The notes under the pieces are model-generated. The model searched no databases and was not told the DNA's origin. It was given only the letters and a program-made list of their open reading frames with translations. A program made the position numbers and the translations under genes. 64,000 bases of DNA. It comes from an uncultured virus (IMG/VR IMGVR_UViG_3300025256_000001). Its lineage: Duplodnaviria > Heunggongvirae > Uroviricota > Caudoviricetes. How positions within the stretch are numbered: the first letter of the stretch is position 1; every line of letters starts with the position of its first letter. The stretch is taken from IMG/VR virus record IMGVR_UViG_3300025256_000001; one strand, given 5' to 3'. Shown piece by piece: positions 54,431-64,000 of this stretch.

Positions 54431-56054
54431 GTTTGATAATCTCCGGAAACTTGTCTGTTTCATCGACAGTGATCGCAATAGGACGCGTGAGCGCGTCCAC
54501 AGCGTCTAGCGCTTCATCGACAGTGCGCGGGCACGTTCCAGCCATGCGGGCGTTCCACCACGAAACAGCCTTCATGCGCGCCATGCCGGCGTGCTCGATG
54601 CATATCCACTCACTGAACCTGCGCATGCCGCACAAGTAGGTGACTTTCAGGCTTGCCGGCTTACCCGGCTTCTGGTGATGCGTGTATGCCACGCTCGTCA
54701 CTTCGTGGGTCGATATCTTCCGCGCTACATCGGTCGACAAAATGGGCGCATCTACTGGGCGGTCTGAATGTTGTGGATCGATGCTTCCAAACTTATGGCC
54801 GCACTGATCGCATTCGCGAGCACCTACAGGCAACAAGGACCTGCATTTAGGGCATTCCTTCATCTTGCCCGATTTCACTTCCTGCTTTCTGCCAGGCTTC
54901 GGCGCACTGACTTTGATCTGATCGAGCGGGCCATGCTCCAGCGTGTTGCCGGCGTAGTCGAGCAATAACGCATCTGGCTTCGGGCCATACGCGATAGCTG
55001 CCAGTCGTCCTGCGGTGGTGGAAAGGTCGTACCCGTCCGCATACACCACGCGGAACTCGCGCCCTACTTGCTGGTAATACAGGCCCGGTGATTTTGTCGG
55101 ACGCAGCATGGCCACCACAGAGACCATGGGATTGTCGTAGCCAACGGATGCGATGTTGACGTTGACAAGCCAGCGATACTTTCCGGATTTGTGTCCGTTT
55201 ATCGCATCGGCGCGTCCGGGGCTGCCCTGGTAGAGAACGGCGACCTTTTCGCCGTGGCGTTCAAGCTCGGCCTGCACGGCAAGCACATGGTCAATGTTCA
55301 CGCAGAACACCATGCCGGAACGTCGCCCCTGGCTTCGTTCAAGCATGTCCCGCATTGTGCGCCCTACCAGGCCATTGGCCATCATTGCTTCGGCCAGCTC
55401 GCACTCTACGTACTCGCCGCCGCGGACATGCACGCCGTCGAGGTTTGCGCGCTCCAAGCCTCCGGGCGTAACGATGCGAGAAAGGTAGCCGTCCGCGATC
55501 AGGTCAGGGATGCGCGCTTCATACGCGATGTCATTCAACACGTAATCCGGGCCGCAAATGGGGATTGCGCGGCCCTTTAGCCGGTACGGCGTCGCAGTCA
55601 GGCCGCCAACACGCAAATGCTGGTTGAACTTCATGCATGCCTCAATGAAGCGCAAATACATGCCTTCACCTTCAAGCGGAATGCCTTGTGCTTCATCGAT
55701 CAGCAGCAGGTCAAAACGACCAAGCATGGGCGCCTTGTCCGCGACGCTCTGAATCTGCATGTATTGCACTTTGTCGAAGCGATCGCGTCGACGCAGGCCG
55801 GCCGCGTAGATGCCCATGGGTGCATCTGGCCACATGGTGCGCAGCTTCTCGGCGTTTTGCGCCACAAGTTCCTGGCTCGCGGCCAAGATGCCCACGCGCG
55901 CATCAAACTCTTTGACGCCATCCATGGCCAGGGCACCCATCAGAGGGGACTTACCGGCGCCGGTGGGGAGCACGATACAAGGATTGCCGCTACACATGCG
56001 CAGGTAGTCCCAGAACGCGTCCCTGCCTTTTTCCTGATACCAGCGCAATTGCAT
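54243..56054 (-). CDS. Superfamily II DEAD/DEAH-type helicase (RadD/YejH-like) with zinc ribbon
   Basis: LRWYQ, LPTGAGKS, IDEAQ, GLTATPYR, RPTKSPGLYYQQVGR, CPKC..CDQC. Confidence 0.9.
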   Translation of the reverse strand: MQLRWYQEKGRDAFWDYLRMCSGNPCIVLPTGAGKSPLMGALAMDGVKEFDARVGILAASQELVAQNAEKLRTMWPDAPMGIYAAGLRRRDRFDKVQYMQIQSVADKAPMLGRFDLLLIDEAQGIPLEGEGMYLRFIEACMKFNQHLRVGGLTATPYRLKGRAIPICGPDYVLNDIAYEARIPDLIADGYLSRIVTPGGLERANLDGVHVRGGEYVECELAEAMMANGLVGRTMRDMLERSQGRRSGMVFCVNIDHVLAVQAELERHGEKVAVLYQGSPGRADAINGHKSGKYRWLVNVNIASVGYDNPMVSVVAMLRPTKSPGLYYQQVGREFRVVYADGYDLSTTAGRLAAIAYGPKPDALLLDYAGNTLEHGPLDQIKVSAPKPGRKQEVKSGKMKECPKCRSLLPVGARECDQCGHKFGSIDPQHSDRPVDAPILSTDVARKISTHEVTSVAYTHHQKPGKPASLKVTYLCGMRRFSEWICIEHAGMARMKAVSWWNARMAGTCPRTVDEALDAVDALTRPIAITVDETDKFPEIIKHEFAGHEAAAKQSAEGSISESSASGSESSGKHARPDSVRRMPNVPEWLLRSLESDGTGKRAA

Positions 56055-56449
56055 TACGCAGCCTCCGGCGTGGAGAGCCGCATCGCTTCGGCAAGGCAGA
56101 TGTCCACGACGCGCTCGCACATCGCTACATCGAACATGCCGATGTGGCACTGGGCGGGCCGGATGCCAAGACGATCTGCAAGCCAGCGATAGCGCGAAGA
56201 GCGTTTGCCGCGGCCCTTCTTCCAGAGCGGATCAAAGGCTGCGTGGGCATCCATCTTTGCCCTGCGCAGTGCAGCGTCAGCGAGTCGTCCCAGCGGCTTC
56301 ACCGTGCCGGGATGGCAACCCACCCATGCGCCACACGGTCGGCACATGTAGAAGCGCAGCTTGTGCAAGTCAGGCCGGTGGGGATACACCTGTGATCCGC
56401 GTACAAAAGACGTTTGACGCGAACAGTAGTCACACAACACCGGCGTCAT
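56054..56449 (-). CDS. Zinc-finger protein (DUF3268-like)
   Basis: CDYC..CRPCGAWVGCH..PLGRLA..AHAAFDPLW..CHIGMF. Confidence 0.8.
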   Translation of the reverse strand: MTPVLCDYCSRQTSFVRGSQVYPHRPDLHKLRFYMCRPCGAWVGCHPGTVKPLGRLADAALRRAKMDAHAAFDPLWKKGRGKRSSRYRWLADRLGIRPAQCHIGMFDVAMCERVVDICLAEAMRLSTPEAA

Positions 56450-56757
56450 GCTGCGTGCCTCTGGCTCTTCTTGACACGGTGGCGGTGATTTTTGCCGCCA
56501 ACGATATTGCGCTCGACCTTGGTCGCGAGCAGGTCTTCGCTGATGAGCTGCCAGAGGGCGAACCGACCAGGGCGCGGCGCGTAGACGCCCACCAAGTCTT
56601 CCTCGACGACGCCGCTGGGCGATTCAACCGTCACGTGTCCGTCCGGAGACAAGCAGACCGCGCGCGGTTTGGATGACTCAGCAATGACGATCGCGGCGCG
56701 GTCGGCGCAATCGCTGATGGTATGCATGCCGAGTCGGCCGCATTTAATCTCGTTCAT
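56446..56757 (-). CDS. Hypothetical phage protein
   Basis: Coupled ORF within the early operon. Confidence 0.55.
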   Translation of the reverse strand: MNEIKCGRLGMHTISDCADRAAIVIAESSKPRAVCLSPDGHVTVESPSGVVEEDLVGVYAPRPGRFALWQLISEDLLATKVERNIVGGKNHRHRVKKSQRHAA

Positions 56758-56760
56758 TCG

Positions 56761-57885
56761 TTATGCCGCCTCTTTGTGTTCGACAAAGCGCGCGTCGAAC
56801 GCGTCGCGAAGCTCGTTCGCCGCCTTGTCTCGGATGAGTGCAGGCGTAGCCGCGGCCAACTCGGAAGACTCGAAGCTGCCAGGCCCGCGTGCACCATTGC
56901 GGAAGGTGAAGCCGTCCGCGGCTTTGTATTCCACCCAGTTATCGTCGTTGCTTGCGTCTATAGGCTCGCCCCAGCGCTTGAGCAGTGCGGGGATGTAGCG
57001 ATGCTCTGGGCAGCCTTCGGGTTGCGCTTCTGCCGGGATATCCGCATTCCATTTCGCACACGACCAGCGGCCGTCGCCGTCCTTCTCCGGCGTCGAGTGA
57101 AGGCAGGTCCGGCACGAAACGCGCGGCAGCTGCGTGGTGTGGCAGACCTTTGTTGCCGGGCAGAACTTGCACTTGAAAAAGGATGGGTCCGCGCTGATGC
57201 CCTGCGGCGGCGCTTCTGCAAAGATGATGCGCTCGGCCTTCGCTTCCAGGCGCGCACCTTCGGCTTCGTCTGCGTTGATGCGCTCCGCGTACAGGCTGTC
57301 GTCGTCCTTGCACACGGCCAGATACAACGTGCGCTCCAGGGAGGCTAGGCGCATCTCGATCTGGTTTTGCGCGACGTGCTCCGGATGAGCGACGGCAACG
57401 CCTTTGCCAGGCTGCGGAAATTGTAGGGGTGCCTCGCGGTGCTTGCGTCTCTCGTCGGGTTTCCCTGCCATCTCGCTGAACGACTTCTCGCCGCTGGTCT
57501 TATAGCTGACGTTGTGCCATGTCTTCGGGGCTTCCGGCACGCCGAGAGCTACGCCGTCGATCTTGGCCACGAAGTGGCCGCCGCAGGCGGTAAAAGTGAA
57601 CTGCTCGCCGGTAGATGGGTCGAGGTCTTGAACCTTGCAGCCGATGCCGCGCAGCTCTTCGGTGAAGAGCGTCTCTTCGCGGTGGCCGCGATTGAACAGC
57701 CGCAACATGCGTCCGTCGAACTGTTCGACCGCACACCATCGGAATGCATACCACAGCCGTTGCTCGCATTCCTGGCCGATCTGCGACGCGCCAAGCCGGC
57801 GCGAAAGTCGCTGTGGTTTGGCAGCCCACCAGTCGTAAATAGCCTTGACGGTGAGCGATTCGGGCTTGCTGGGTAGGGTTGCCAT
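56761..57885 (-). CDS. Cas4-like / PD-(D/E)XK phage exonuclease
   Basis: RLGASQIGQECEQRLWY..RGHREE..KIDG..CKFC..C. Confidence 0.8.
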   Translation of the reverse strand: MATLPSKPESLTVKAIYDWWAAKPQRLSRRLGASQIGQECEQRLWYAFRWCAVEQFDGRMLRLFNRGHREETLFTEELRGIGCKVQDLDPSTGEQFTFTACGGHFVAKIDGVALGVPEAPKTWHNVSYKTSGEKSFSEMAGKPDERRKHREAPLQFPQPGKGVAVAHPEHVAQNQIEMRLASLERTLYLAVCKDDDSLYAERINADEAEGARLEAKAERIIFAEAPPQGISADPSFFKCKFCPATKVCHTTQLPRVSCRTCLHSTPEKDGDGRWSCAKWNADIPAEAQPEGCPEHRYIPALLKRWGEPIDASNDDNWVEYKAADGFTFRNGARGPGSFESSELAAATPALIRDKAANELRDAFDARFVEHKEAA

Positions 57886-57995
57886 CGTGGGTACCGTGGT
57901 GGTGGAACGTGTGCCGGGTGTCTGCGTCTACACCGCCCGGCCGGCGCAGGAGTCGGGCTTCCGTGCCCTGGCGCGCGACTCGCCTTGTCGATCAA

Positions 57996-58544
57996 TTACG
58001 CTGCGTTCTTACGTGCCCACGACGGCGCGCCGCCGGAATGCTGTGCAGGTTGGTTGTGAGTCATGGGCGCTGCGCCGTGCTGATGGTGGCCGCCGCCGGC
58101 ACCTGCGCCCTGCAACTGCTCGGGCGTCGCTTTCTTCCATGCCTTGACCTCGTTTTTATCCTTGGGCACCACATAGCCGTTCTTGCCCTGCACCGTGCCG
58201 GCCGGAATGAACTCGACGCGGATGACGTGTGGCTTGTAATGCAGGTCCTGCGAGTCGCGCGGATTGGCGACGCCGGTTGCCTCGCGGATGCTGCTGAACT
58301 GGCGGTTTGCTATCTGAACCGTCTGGGGATTGGGATGCAGCAAGCTGAGGTTCGCCCATACCTTGCGGTTTTTGAACGGGCCTTCGAGGATCGTGTACGT
58401 CAGTGCGAGATATTCGCCCTCGCTGTTGTTGAACGGCTCCATGTCGCTGTCGGTGATGTGCGCCAGGTAGTCGCCTGAGGGCAGGGGGCTGAAGTCTTCC
58501 TGCGCCTCAGCATTCGGGTCGTAGTGGCCGGTTAGGTTTGCCAT
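57996..58544 (-). CDS. DUF669 putative ssDNA-binding protein
   Basis: FSPLPSGDYLAHI..GEYLALTYTILEG..RKVW..NEVK. Confidence 0.8.
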   Translation of the reverse strand: MANLTGHYDPNAEAQEDFSPLPSGDYLAHITDSDMEPFNNSEGEYLALTYTILEGPFKNRKVWANLSLLHPNPQTVQIANRQFSSIREATGVANPRDSQDLHYKPHVIRVEFIPAGTVQGKNGYVVPKDKNEVKAWKKATPEQLQGAGAGGGHHQHGAAPMTHNQPAQHSGGAPSWARKNAA

Positions 58545-58585
58545 GTTCGTTTGCCTTGGTTCGTGGTTGCGGTTGTGGTGCTTGG

Positions 58586-59347
58586 TTAAGCAGCGAGTGC
58601 GCGCGGCATCATTGCTTGCATGAGCGCGTCCCAGCTGAGGTCGATCGTGTCAGGCATGCCATAGCGGTTGCCGGCGATGTAGGAGGGCTTTGCGTTGACG
58701 TGGAGTACGCGGCGACCGGTACCGACACCGCGCGAGCGCGTGCCGCTGAAGCCATCTTTTTCCTTCTTGATGGCCACTTCTTCCTGGGCAAAGCCGATAA
58801 CGTCGGCCCACTCAACAGCAAGGCCGAGAGCGCCTTTGTTGAGCTTCAGTTCGTAGCGGTCGAAGGCTTCGACGTCGGGTGCCTCGAAGCGCTTCACCAG
58901 GCTGTGCGCAATCAGCACGATGGCCTTGCCGTGATTCAGGCGAAGATCATTCAATGCATCGAAGAACTGGCGCCATACATCGTTTGCGGCGGTGTAGCCC
59001 TTTCCGTAGCCGGGCGCCTCGATGTTTGCCCAGTTGTTTTCCTTGCACGTATGCGCCCAAACAAGCGGTTCCAGCCAGTCGAGCGAGTCGATAACGACCG
59101 TTCCGAAATCGGATTGCTTGACCACGTCAAGCCATGACATGACGTCTGCGAACGATTCAACGACGTTTCCATCGTTCACTGCCGTGGTTTCGATGCCATC
59201 GAGACCGTCTTCCAGGCAAATGAACACCGGGTTGTATGCGCCGGCGGCAAAGGTGGATTTACCTACCTTCTGTGCGCCGTGGATGATCACGCGCGGTGGC
59301 TTGCTATTGCGAGTGGTCTTGCTGATGGATGCGAGCGAAATTGCCAT
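58586..59347 (-). CDS. Sak4-like AAA_24 ATPase
   Basis: GAQKVGKSTFA, TVVIDSLDWLE, GYGKGY, LIAHS, EWADVIGF. Confidence 0.85.
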   Translation of the reverse strand: MAISLASISKTTRNSKPPRVIIHGAQKVGKSTFAAGAYNPVFICLEDGLDGIETTAVNDGNVVESFADVMSWLDVVKQSDFGTVVIDSLDWLEPLVWAHTCKENNWANIEAPGYGKGYTAANDVWRQFFDALNDLRLNHGKAIVLIAHSLVKRFEAPDVEAFDRYELKLNKGALGLAVEWADVIGFAQEEVAIKKEKDGFSGTRSRGVGTGRRVLHVNAKPSYIAGNRYGMPDTIDLSWDALMQAMMPRALAA

Positions 59348-59374
59348 GTTGTAGTGCTCCGGGTGGTGGCCGCT

Positions 59375-59797
59375 TTACGCGGCAAGTTCGTAGTTGTCGG
59401 CGTTCTTCGCCTTCAGGCGCTCGATCGCGACTTGCGGCTTTGCCGGCTTCGATGTGATGGCTTGGGCGAGCAGCGCATACGCTTCCGGGTTGGAGTCCTT
59501 CAATTCGGTGAAGCCCTTTTCGATTACTTCGGGCTTGTACCGAATGGCCTGGTCGAACAACTCCGGCGAGATTTGGCGCTTGATGGCTGCAAGTGCCTCG
59601 CCATCAACGCTGCGATTGATGCCGTACGTCACGGCTGCCTTGTACTCGTCGCCCCTCTTGCTTACGCTTCCCTTGTCCTTCTTGGGCATTAGCGCGATCA
59701 CTGCATCTTCCGCCTTGATGCGCGCATCCTTTGCGACAGCTTCGGTGATTTTCGCTTGCGCAAGAGCGCTTATTGCTTCGTCCAGTGGGTTGCTCAT
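59375..59797 (-). CDS. Hypothetical phage protein
   Basis: Coupled ORF upstream of the Sak4-like gene. Confidence 0.6.
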   Translation of the reverse strand: MSNPLDEAISALAQAKITEAVAKDARIKAEDAVIALMPKKDKGSVSKRGDEYKAAVTYGINRSVDGEALAAIKRQISPELFDQAIRYKPEVIEKGFTELKDSNPEAYALLAQAITSKPAKPQVAIERLKAKNADNYELAA

Positions 59798-61389
59798 AGG
59801 TGCATAGCTCCGTGCATTTGGATGGCCAAATAGATGGCCGACAGCATCACGATCGCGTAATAGCTGTAATCGGGACGCCCGTTGTTTACGTCGACGCTCA
59901 TGTCGCGACTCGCTATCTGGTGAGCCACATGATGGCGATGCAGATCAGCTCTGCTGCTGCGACCTGCGCCAGGATTCGCAGCGCCTGTTTCACGCGCAGT
60001 CCTTCGGCGCAACGATCCGGACGTTGCGCAGGTAGCAGGTTGCGGCGGACAGCGCCGACGCTACTGAATGCCCCTGCTTTACGGATCGAAGCGCGAGCCG
60101 TTCAGCCAGGTGCGTGGTGACGGGGCCGGCGTGCGCGTGCATGCGGATCACGCGGCGCATGAGAAAAAGGTTTGCGGGGTAGACGGTGACGGTCATGGGG
60201 TGTCTCCAAAGCTGGCGAGGGCGGAGCGCAGGCGGTCGTACATCGCCATGCGCGGGTCATCAATTCGAAAGGTGATTTGGTCGCAGAGCGCGCGGGAAGC
60301 GGCGGCAAGCTCGGCGACGTCGACGGCTGCTTGAAGTAGGTCTTCAACGTGGCCGGTGTCGCCACTGGCGCGCATGTCGCACACCACGGCGGTCAGGATG
60401 GCAACGGGATTTGTCTTTGCCATGGACAGGCTCATGCGGCACCTTCCATGCGCTGCACAGCCTGCTGAAGGTCCTGCAGGTCGCGGTAAGCGCCGCCAAC
60501 ACCGCCACCATCCGCGCCCATGAATGCGACGATCAATGCACGGATTGCGGGAATGGACTGGCACGCCCGGCGCGACGATTCGAGCAGCTCGGCAATAACC
60601 GTGCGCGCGCGGTACAGGTCGCGGGCTTCGTCGCCATGCGCCTTGGCCCATGCGCGATCGATGATCGCGAGCACGCTGAGCGGAGCTTGTGGCTCATCAT
60701 GGCGCGGGCTCATGCGGCGGCCCTCATCTCGGCCGGCGCGAACTGCTCGGCCATGCGCGACAGCGCGCTGCTGATCTTGATGCGAGCGCGGCGTTCACGG
60801 ATATCGGCGAACACGAGAGAGCGGCGCGCATACCAGCCTGGCAGCATCACTGGCGGGACCATTGGGAAGGTTACGCCGCCGGGCACCCGCCGCAGGGCAT
60901 CGTTTGCGTTGTCCATGGCGCTGGCGCGGTGGATGGACGATGCGTGAGGGTCCTTCAGCGTGAGCCACCACGTGCGCTGTGCTGCGCGCGCCTGGCGCCG
61001 GGCGGCATAGTAGGCGGCGCGGTTCATGTGGCCTCCGCGAGGCGGATTGCGTCATGTGCTTCGGCGCGCGAGGTGAATATGGCCAGCTCGCCGTCTGCAC
61101 CTGCCATTGATTCGTAGAGATAACCGTCCTGCAGCAGCGGGTTTCGGCGCGTAACGCACCACTCGCGGCAGTGCGGGCCTTCCTGCATTGGCTCCGCAAA
61201 CCATGCGCCCGGACGCTCGGGCACTTTCTGCTCTGCCGTCGTCGCGTCGTTTGCTGCCGGAGCGCTGTAGCCCGGCATAACGATCACCTTTACCGGTGCG
61301 ACCCCGATATCACGCGACCCCGTGCGGAGACCGCTCTTGCGGGTTGCGCTGATGTTCCTGCTGCCAGTGCTTTGGCTTTTGCTGCTCAT
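59794..61389 (-). other. Run of about six small coupled early-left ORFs (59794-59901, 59990-60196, 60193-60435, 60432-60713, 60710-61027, 61024-61389)
   Basis: Successive ATGA start/stop overlaps; no recognisable domains. Confidence 0.55.
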
Positions 61390-61433
61390 CGGCTTGACTC
61401 CATCGCCGGCCCCTCGGGCGGCGTGGAGCCTAT

Positions 61434-61504
61434 TATGCGAATCGCATAGTTAATTGCAATGCGAAACGCATAGCAGGACCGTGAAATTCTACGCGAAACG
61501 CATA
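61434..61504. promoter_or_regulatory. OL-like operator trio
   Basis: TATGCGAATCGCATA 61434, AATGCGAAACGCATA 61458, TACGCGAAACGCATA 61490. Confidence 0.85.
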
Positions 61505-61737
61505 GTTGTTTATCTTTCGTTCATGTTAAGACGTAAGGCACGCGTAATCCCTGACGCCAATATTTCGGCGCATGCCGTCACTAAGTGACGCGTCCTTACT
61601 TGCTTTCGATAGTGCCTGGCTTGGTGCGCTCAAGCTGCGCGACGGAGCGAGCGGAGCAGGGGAGTTGTTCGCGGAGAAATGGCAAGCACCCAGATGTGAG
61701 GCGCTTGCAACAGCGGGTCCTGTGGAATCGCCGGACG

Positions 61738-62082
61738 TTACTTGTCGTTCTTGCCTTCCATCGCCTCAAGCATCACAAGCAATGCCTGCGCGCGCTCTTC
61801 GCTCATTCCATGAATTTTCCGTCCTAGCTGCACTTTTGCCTTGCTTCCTTCGACCAGGGCCACCTCATCACGAGACATATCGTCGAACGTTGTGCCCAAC
61901 ACATCCATCAAAACCTTTAACTCGTCCATCTTCCAGCGCTTCCCCCTGCTTGCATTGAACCAACCGGCGACGGTCGGTTGTGCAACATCCACGCCACGGC
62001 GATTTAGCTCCTCGGTGATGGCCTCAATGGTCAAACCAAGTTGCTTGCGGCGTGCAGTTATGTTCTGGGAAAAAACGCTCAT
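61738..62082 (-). CDS. cI: CI-like XRE repressor (114 aa, no peptidase domain)
   Basis: FSQNITARRKQLGLT..VAQPTVAGWFN; lies between the two operator sets. Confidence 0.8.
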   Translation of the reverse strand: MSVFSQNITARRKQLGLTIEAITEELNRRGVDVAQPTVAGWFNASRGKRWKMDELKVLMDVLGTTFDDMSRDEVALVEGSKAKVQLGRKIHGMSEERAQALLVMLEAMEGKNDK

Positions 62083-62155
62083 CTGTTGAGACGCCTTACG
62101 GCTCAAGGTTTTAGGAAGGTCGGGTAAAGGGTAGGCCGGGTGCTTGCAAAGCGCC

Positions 62156-62194
62156 TATGCGAAATGCATACTCATTCACAATGCAAAACGCATA
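62156..62194. promoter_or_regulatory. OR-like operator pair
   Basis: TATGCGAAATGCATA 62156, AATGCAAAACGCATA 62180. Confidence 0.85.
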
Positions 62195-62202
62195 GGTCAT
62201 TC

Positions 62203-62463
62203 ATGGAAGCTCGCACCATCTGGAACGCGTACGTGGATCGGATTGGCGGCCCCGCGGCCGTGGCGTCCCATCTTGGCATTCCCTATCCGACCATCGCTGC
62301 CGTCTGCAATGGCCAGCGGGGCATTGGCCGCGACCTGGCGGCCCGGATGGAAAAGGCTGATCCCAGTCTCGACGCGCGCACGCTGATCTGGGTGCGTCCG
62401 ATCAAGCGACAGCATGACGCGATGAGCGAGAGCGCGGGCGCGGTTCGTAAAAAAGCGGCTTGA
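62203..62463 (+). CDS. cro: Cro-like HTH protein
   Basis: IGGPAAVASHLGIPYPTIAAVCNGQRGIG; divergent from cI. Confidence 0.75.
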   Translation: MEARTIWNAYVDRIGGPAAVASHLGIPYPTIAAVCNGQRGIGRDLAARMEKADPSLDARTLIWVRPIKRQHDAMSESAGAVRKKAA

Positions 62464-62470
62464 TTTCATC

Positions 62471-62500
62471 GGCTCGGGCCTTTGGTTCCGGGCCTTTTTT
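62471..62500 (+). terminator. tR1-like intrinsic terminator
   Basis: GGCTCGG/CCGGGCC stem followed by T6. Confidence 0.55.
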
Positions 62501-62534
62501 GTATCCCCAACCCACAGGAAAGAGTAGGCAACCA

Positions 62535-62900
62535 ATGGAAAGCAACGGCAACGATGTGCAAGGCGCATTAGGGCTTGAGCAGTTCTGGGCACGTAAGCCA
62601 AAGGATGCGCCGGTGAAGCTGGTGCGCAGCATCGACAGCGAATCTCAAGCGGTCGCGGTGGCCATTGCGGCCAGCGGTTTCAAGCTTGCGTATCTCGCTC
62701 AGGTGATGGGCAAGTCGGAGGGCTACATCAGCCGTATCCGATCGGGCAAGCGTCCGGTGCCAGACAAATTCATTCGACCTTTCTGCCGTGCGGTGGGCAA
62801 TCGGCTGCTCGAACAGTACGTGGATATGCGCAAGGCGCTTGATCCGCAACCTCGCGACGAGATTGCGCGGCTCGCCGGCATGTTGCGGGAAGCGGCGTGA
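62535..62900 (+). CDS. HTH protein in the CII position
   Basis: LAYLAQVMGKSEGYISRIRSGKRPVP. Confidence 0.7.
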   Translation: MESNGNDVQGALGLEQFWARKPKDAPVKLVRSIDSESQAVAVAIAASGFKLAYLAQVMGKSEGYISRIRSGKRPVPDKFIRPFCRAVGNRLLEQYVDMRKALDPQPRDEIARLAGMLREAA

Positions 62901-63025
62901 ACGTGATCGACAACGGCCACCACGATGCGTTGCCATTCGATCTTGGCAACTGGCGTGCTGTGGCCGTCGCAGCAAAACGACACATCGAAGCGGTCATGGG
63001 CCGCGAACTGACAAACGTGGAGGGT

Positions 63026-63235
63026 ATGGCAATGGCTGATGACGCGGATTTCGCGGGGAACGTAGAGCAGATGCAGCGCGACGCAGCGCTGCGCAATCAC
63101 GCCAGCCGAGTGCGCATCGTGCCGATGTGCGAGTACTGCGAGGAAAAGCCCGTGCACGTCGCGGGCAACGGCGTTCAGTGGCGTTTCTGCAGCGAATGCG
63201 GGCAGGAACACTTGCAACGGAACAAGGCGGCGTGA
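63026..63235 (+). CDS. Small C4 zinc-finger protein (DksA/TraR-like N-terminus)
   Basis: MADDADFA..CEYCEE..RFCSEC. Confidence 0.6.
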   Translation: MAMADDADFAGNVEQMQRDAALRNHASRVRIVPMCEYCEEKPVHVAGNGVQWRFCSECGQEHLQRNKAA

Positions 63236-63240
63236 TGTTT

Positions 63241-63894
63241 TTACCGTCCTCGACGCTTGCGAAAATCTGCAACCTGCTGCGGCAAGGTAAAGGCGTAAAT
63301 GAGGAACATCTCGGTGAAATGCGCAACATCCATCGCGTCCTGTTGGCTGATGTCTGCCAATTCGTGCATTTCGTTTCCGACGACACGGATGTTTTCGGCC
63401 CAGTTCATCATCGCGGCTGGGATACCTATGCGGTTTTGAAGCTCTTTAAGGCGCTTTTCAAGCTTGAAGGGCATATCTCCCTGCGGCTCGCCCCAAAGGA
63501 CTTTAGTCGCCCGATCGAGGGCGGTGCGAAAAGAGCTTGCTGCAAGCGTCCACTTCTTGGACTCGAGCACGTCAAGTCCATCAACAAATGCATTTGCAAC
63601 TGGGTCTGGAACATTCTGTGGTGCGACGTTTTGCGACACTTCCGGAATAATCGTCTCAAGCGTTACGTAGCCACCATGGTTGCCAATGTCGCCTTGCATA
63701 GGGCTATCGGGGCCGAGAGGTACATATGCCACGGCGTTAAGAACAGCAATCGAGTGTTTCCCGCAGTGAGTGCACCTTATCGCTGCCTCGCGAGTGCGCC
63801 TTCCTTCGATCCTAAGTGGCTCGTCCCCGTATACGATCTGATGAATAGATTTTGCGTGCGAGCAACGCGCGCAAGGCGCAGAAATAGTAAGCAT
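63241..63894 (-). CDS. DUF4145 (HEPN-like) domain protein with N-terminal zinc ribbon
   Basis: CARC..CTHC; FRTALD..KLEKRLKEL..IRVVGNEMH. Confidence 0.75.
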   Translation of the reverse strand: MLTISAPCARCSHAKSIHQIVYGDEPLRIEGRRTREAAIRCTHCGKHSIAVLNAVAYVPLGPDSPMQGDIGNHGGYVTLETIIPEVSQNVAPQNVPDPVANAFVDGLDVLESKKWTLAASSFRTALDRATKVLWGEPQGDMPFKLEKRLKELQNRIGIPAAMMNWAENIRVVGNEMHELADISQQDAMDVAHFTEMFLIYAFTLPQQVADFRKRRGR

Positions 63895-64000
63895 GGCCGT
63901 CAGTCCCTGTTCCAACCCTGGGCACTGATATTAGGCGATAGGGGCGCTAACTACGAGGCCCTGGCATGACAACTGCCGAGCACGCAGCGCGATACATCGC

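Larger units (their letters stand above)
52521..64000. mobile_element. Proximal (int/early) part of a lambdoid prophage, continuing past the window
   Basis: int-xis, recombination/replication genes, cI/cro switch. Confidence 0.9.

Noticed and set aside
56761..57885. CRISPR-associated Cas4
   Set aside because: Sits in a Sak4/DUF669/helicase recombination module with no array or other cas genes

Overview
The window is entirely prophage DNA from a GC-rich host, probably a Xanthomonadales gammaproteobacterium (inferred from the recalled tRNA-Asn type and the gene content). An 83-bp direct repeat (3' half of tRNA-Asn(GTT) plus flank) at 8080-8162 and 52521-52603 divides it into three parts. (1) 1-8079 is the distal end of a lambdoid prophage: tail tip and fibre genes, SRAP, and an HTH + ImmA/IrrE + small-peptide module. 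(2) 8080-52603 is an apparently complete ~44.4-kb P2-like prophage: int, primase-helicase, C4 antisense RNA, ogr, repressor, full tail/lysis/head sets and cos. Its cargo includes a Sec-signal RHS toxin with putative immunity genes, five tandem divergent ~81-aa paralogues, a Schlafen/AlbA_2-HATPase locus, and a KilA-N protein carrying a copy of the Rep C-terminal domain next to an iteron-like cluster. (3) 52521-64000 is the early region of a lambdoid prophage: a related int/xis, helicase, Cas4-like nuclease, Sak4-like ATPase and a cI/cro switch with five operators. The best novelty candidates are the five-paralogue array with its possible link to the Rep C-terminal winged-helix domain, the KilA-N/Rep-C/iteron unit, the prophage-borne RHS locus, and att-arm motifs suggesting that parts 1 and 3 belong to the same or a sibling phage. 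All family calls come from motif recognition by eye; no searches were run.
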